From Candidatus Fermentithermobacillaceae bacterium (GTDB lineage: Bacteria; Bacillota; Sulfobacillia; Fermentithermobacillales; DUSS01), in the NCBI GenBank assembly GCA_012842495.1, contig DUSS01000045.1, forward strand, positions 70,634-134,633: 64,000 bases of DNA. Reading direction: 5' to 3'. How positions within the stretch are numbered: position 1 is the first letter of the stretch; each line of letters starts with the position of its first letter. The notes under the pieces are model-generated. The model was not told the origin of the DNA. It searched no databases and saw nothing but the letters and a program-made list of their open reading frames with translations. Positions 62,338 through 64,000 of the stretch are shown one piece after another. The translations under genes were made by a program, and so were the position numbers.

Positions 62338-62901
62338 TTACTCCTTATCGTGAGCCATATAGAGGGTAAGTCTGGTTTCACCGTACTTGTAGGTTCTTAA
62401 AGCTTCGAGCGATCCCGTCTTTAGGACCGGCGTTTCGTGGCGGTGCTGCTGAAGCACGACTACTCCTCCGGGCTTAAGGGGAGGATGGTCCCCTAGTCTT
62501 GACATGGTGGAAGCGTCCAGTCCGGAGAAGTACGGCGGTGCCACCACGATCACATCGAAAACCCGGTTTTGCCGCACCATCGCTGACAAAGTCTCCAGAG
62601 CGTCCCCCTGGATCACAGTACAGAGGTTCTCGATGCCCAGACTTTGGATGTTCTCCCTCATGGTTTTCACGGCAACGGGGCTATTATCGACCAGGACAGC
62701 TGACTTCGCCCCCCGGCTTAAAAGCTCGATGGAATAGCTCCCAGTTCCCGCATACAGGTCGAGGATATCCGCACCGGCGAGGACAGGGGCGAGGATGTTT
62801 CCCAGAGCTTGCCTCACCCTGCTGAGCGGTGGGCGGGTAGAATCTCCTGGAACGCTCTTTATCAAGCGGCCCTTGAAGCGACCCCCGGCTATCCTGAGCA
62901 A
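62338..62901 (-). CDS. rsmD: 16S rRNA (guanine966-N2)-methyltransferase RsmD
   Basis: LRIAGGRFKGRLIK...TRPPLSRVRQALGNIL...ILDLYAGTGSYSIE...VVAPPY. TTG 62901 follows GGGGGGA by 6 nt. Track start is GTG 62952. Confidence 0.85.
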   Translation of the reverse strand: MLRIAGGRFKGRLIKSVPGDSTRPPLSRVRQALGNILAPVLAGADILDLYAGTGSYSIELLSRGAKSAVLVDNSPVAVKTMRENIQSLGIENLCTVIQGDALETLSAMVRQNRVFDVIVVAPPYFSGLDASTMSRLGDHPPLKPGGVVVLQQHRHETPVLKTGSLEALRTYKYGETRLTLYMAHDKE

Positions 62902-63141
62902 ACATAATCCCCCCGCCGGTTGTGACCATACCGTGTGTTGCCCGGTGGTCACGAGACCCTGTTCGAACTATGCTAAGCTGAAAGCAATGCGGAAGTCAAC
63001 GGTGTCCGCAAGTCGCAACCGGACAGGAGCGCGGGCGCCCGGGCGCGTATCAAAGAGAAGCGAAACAAGAGCTGAAACGGTACCTCCGGGACCGTGAGAT
63101 CGCTCCAGAAGACTGCAGGTAAGGATAAAGGTGATGCCAAA

Positions 63142-64000
63142 GTGGATACCAGCCGGCGTTTGTCTACCGGGAAGATCGAAACCGCTTTATTGCGCGACAT
63201 CGTGTTCCACCGTACCGGTGCTCCTCGGGCAGAGATGATCGTGCCCCCGAGCATAGGCGAAGACAGCACCGTCCTGGACCTGGGACCGGAACTGGTGGTG
63301 GCGAGCATCGATCCGATAACCGGTGCATCCAGAAAGCAAGGGTGGCTGGGCGTGAAAGTTGCCCTGAACGACGTCGCTGCCAAAGGGGCCGAACCGGTAG
63401 CGGTTCTCGTCACGATCCTGTTACCTGAAGGAGCCCGTCTTGAGGACCTCGAGGAATTGCTGGACGAGATACACCAGGCCTGTCTCGAAGAAAACGTGAC
63501 GGTGGCGGGAGGCCATACGGAGGTGACTCCAGGTCTCGACCATCCCATTCTCGCGGTGGCGGCCATCGGTAAGACAAAGGGAAGGGCAGTGCTGCGTTCC
63601 TCCGGCGCGAGGCCTGGTGACGACATCGTGGTCACAAAGTGGGCGGGTCTAGAGGGTACTGCCGTGCTGCTGATGGACTTTCCGGATAAACTCGCCCGGT
63701 TGTTGCCCGGGCGAACAAACGACGAGAAGGCCCTGGTCGTTGAGGGTGAGAGGCTCTTTTCGATGGTGAGTGTGACGAGGGACGGGATGGTCGCCGCAGG
63801 GAACGGGGCTACTGCCAGTCACGACGTCACCGAAGGAGGGGTTCTGGGGGCCATCTACGAGCTGTGCGAAGCTTCGGGGACCGGCGCTATCGTGGATGCG
63901 AGGGCTGTCCCGGTACTTCCGATCACGACTCAAATCGCCTCCGTAGCTGGTATAGACCCGTTAAAACTGACCTCGTCAGGATGCCTAATCGCCACACATC
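63142..64000 (+). CDS. AIR-synthase-related (PurM/HypE/ThiL-fold) protein, 3' end outside the window; absent from the ORF track
   Basis: Open frame from GTG 63142 (AGGTGA 7 nt upstream) to the window end. GKIETALLRDIVF...IGEDSTVLDL...VASIDPITG...ALNDVAAKGAEPV...VAGGHTEV...ARPGDDIVVTKWAGLEG...SHDVTEGGVLGA. Confidence 0.8.
   Translation, partial: MDTSRRLSTGKIETALLRDIVFHRTGAPRAEMIVPPSIGEDSTVLDLGPELVVASIDPITGASRKQGWLGVKVALNDVAAKGAEPVAVLVTILLPEGARLEDLEELLDEIHQACLEENVTVAGGHTEVTPGLDHPILAVAAIGKTKGRAVLRSSGARPGDDIVVTKWAGLEGTAVLLMDFPDKLARLLPGRTNDEKALVVEGERLFSMVSVTRDGMVAAGNGATASHDVTEGGVLGAIYELCEASGTGAIVDARAVPVLPITTQIASVAGIDPLKLTSSGCLIATH

Noticed and set aside
62973-63933. Minus-strand ORFs 62973-63635 (220 aa) and 63649-63933 (94 aa)
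   Set aside because: Ser/Arg/Pro/Thr-rich and motif-free. The plus strand encodes an AIR-synthase-fold protein with multiple conserved blocks that the track omitted because it lacks an in-window stop.
1-64000. CRISPR arrays, transposases, integrases, prophage genes, toxin-antitoxin pairs, reverse transcriptases, rRNA
   Set aside because: I scanned the ORF translations and intergenic regions by eye. There are no regularly spaced repeats (the only tandem repeat is the 7-mer at 6458-6483) and no recombinase, RT or phage structural motifs.

Overview
This 64-kb, roughly 58-60% GC window looks like core chromosome from an anaerobic, spore-forming Firmicute (Clostridia-like). That is an inference from GGAGG-type ribosome-binding sites, sporulation and cortex-type genes (S11 DD-carboxypeptidase, GH18 YaaH-like, NodB deacetylase, Gmad2, YmaF, TIGR04086-like) and anaerobe Fe-S genes. 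I support about 60 protein genes, one tRNA-Leu(CAG), several sigmaA-type promoters and operators, and several intrinsic terminators. I saw no rRNA, CRISPR array, transposase, integrase or phage genes. All functional calls come from motif recognition by eye, with no searches run. Many first-start coordinates in the ORF track appear too long, and I re-set them where a Shine-Dalgarno (SD) sequence supports an internal start. The track also omits a plus-strand AIR-synthase-like gene that runs off the 3' end. Most worth a second look: (1) an SOS-box-controlled cassette of a catalytically dead Y-family (ImuB-like) gene, an overlapping 79-aa Trp-rich ORF and a DnaE2-like polymerase, with no ImuA; (2) a seven-gene Orp-like metallocluster/P-loop cluster headed by a DUF134 protein; (3) a DnaQ-exonuclease/DinG fusion whose helicase motifs I, II and VI are all degenerate; (4) a five-gene split HcnABC/proline-dehydrogenase-like flavo-Fe-S enzyme; (5) a PplA-like double FMN-binding protein next to a two-component system; (6) an orphan wHTH plus radical-SAM pair followed by a structured GC-rich RNA-like element; (7) a folD leader with a 10-nt anti-SD helix; (8) an ECF sigma with an overlapping VanW gene where an anti-sigma is expected.
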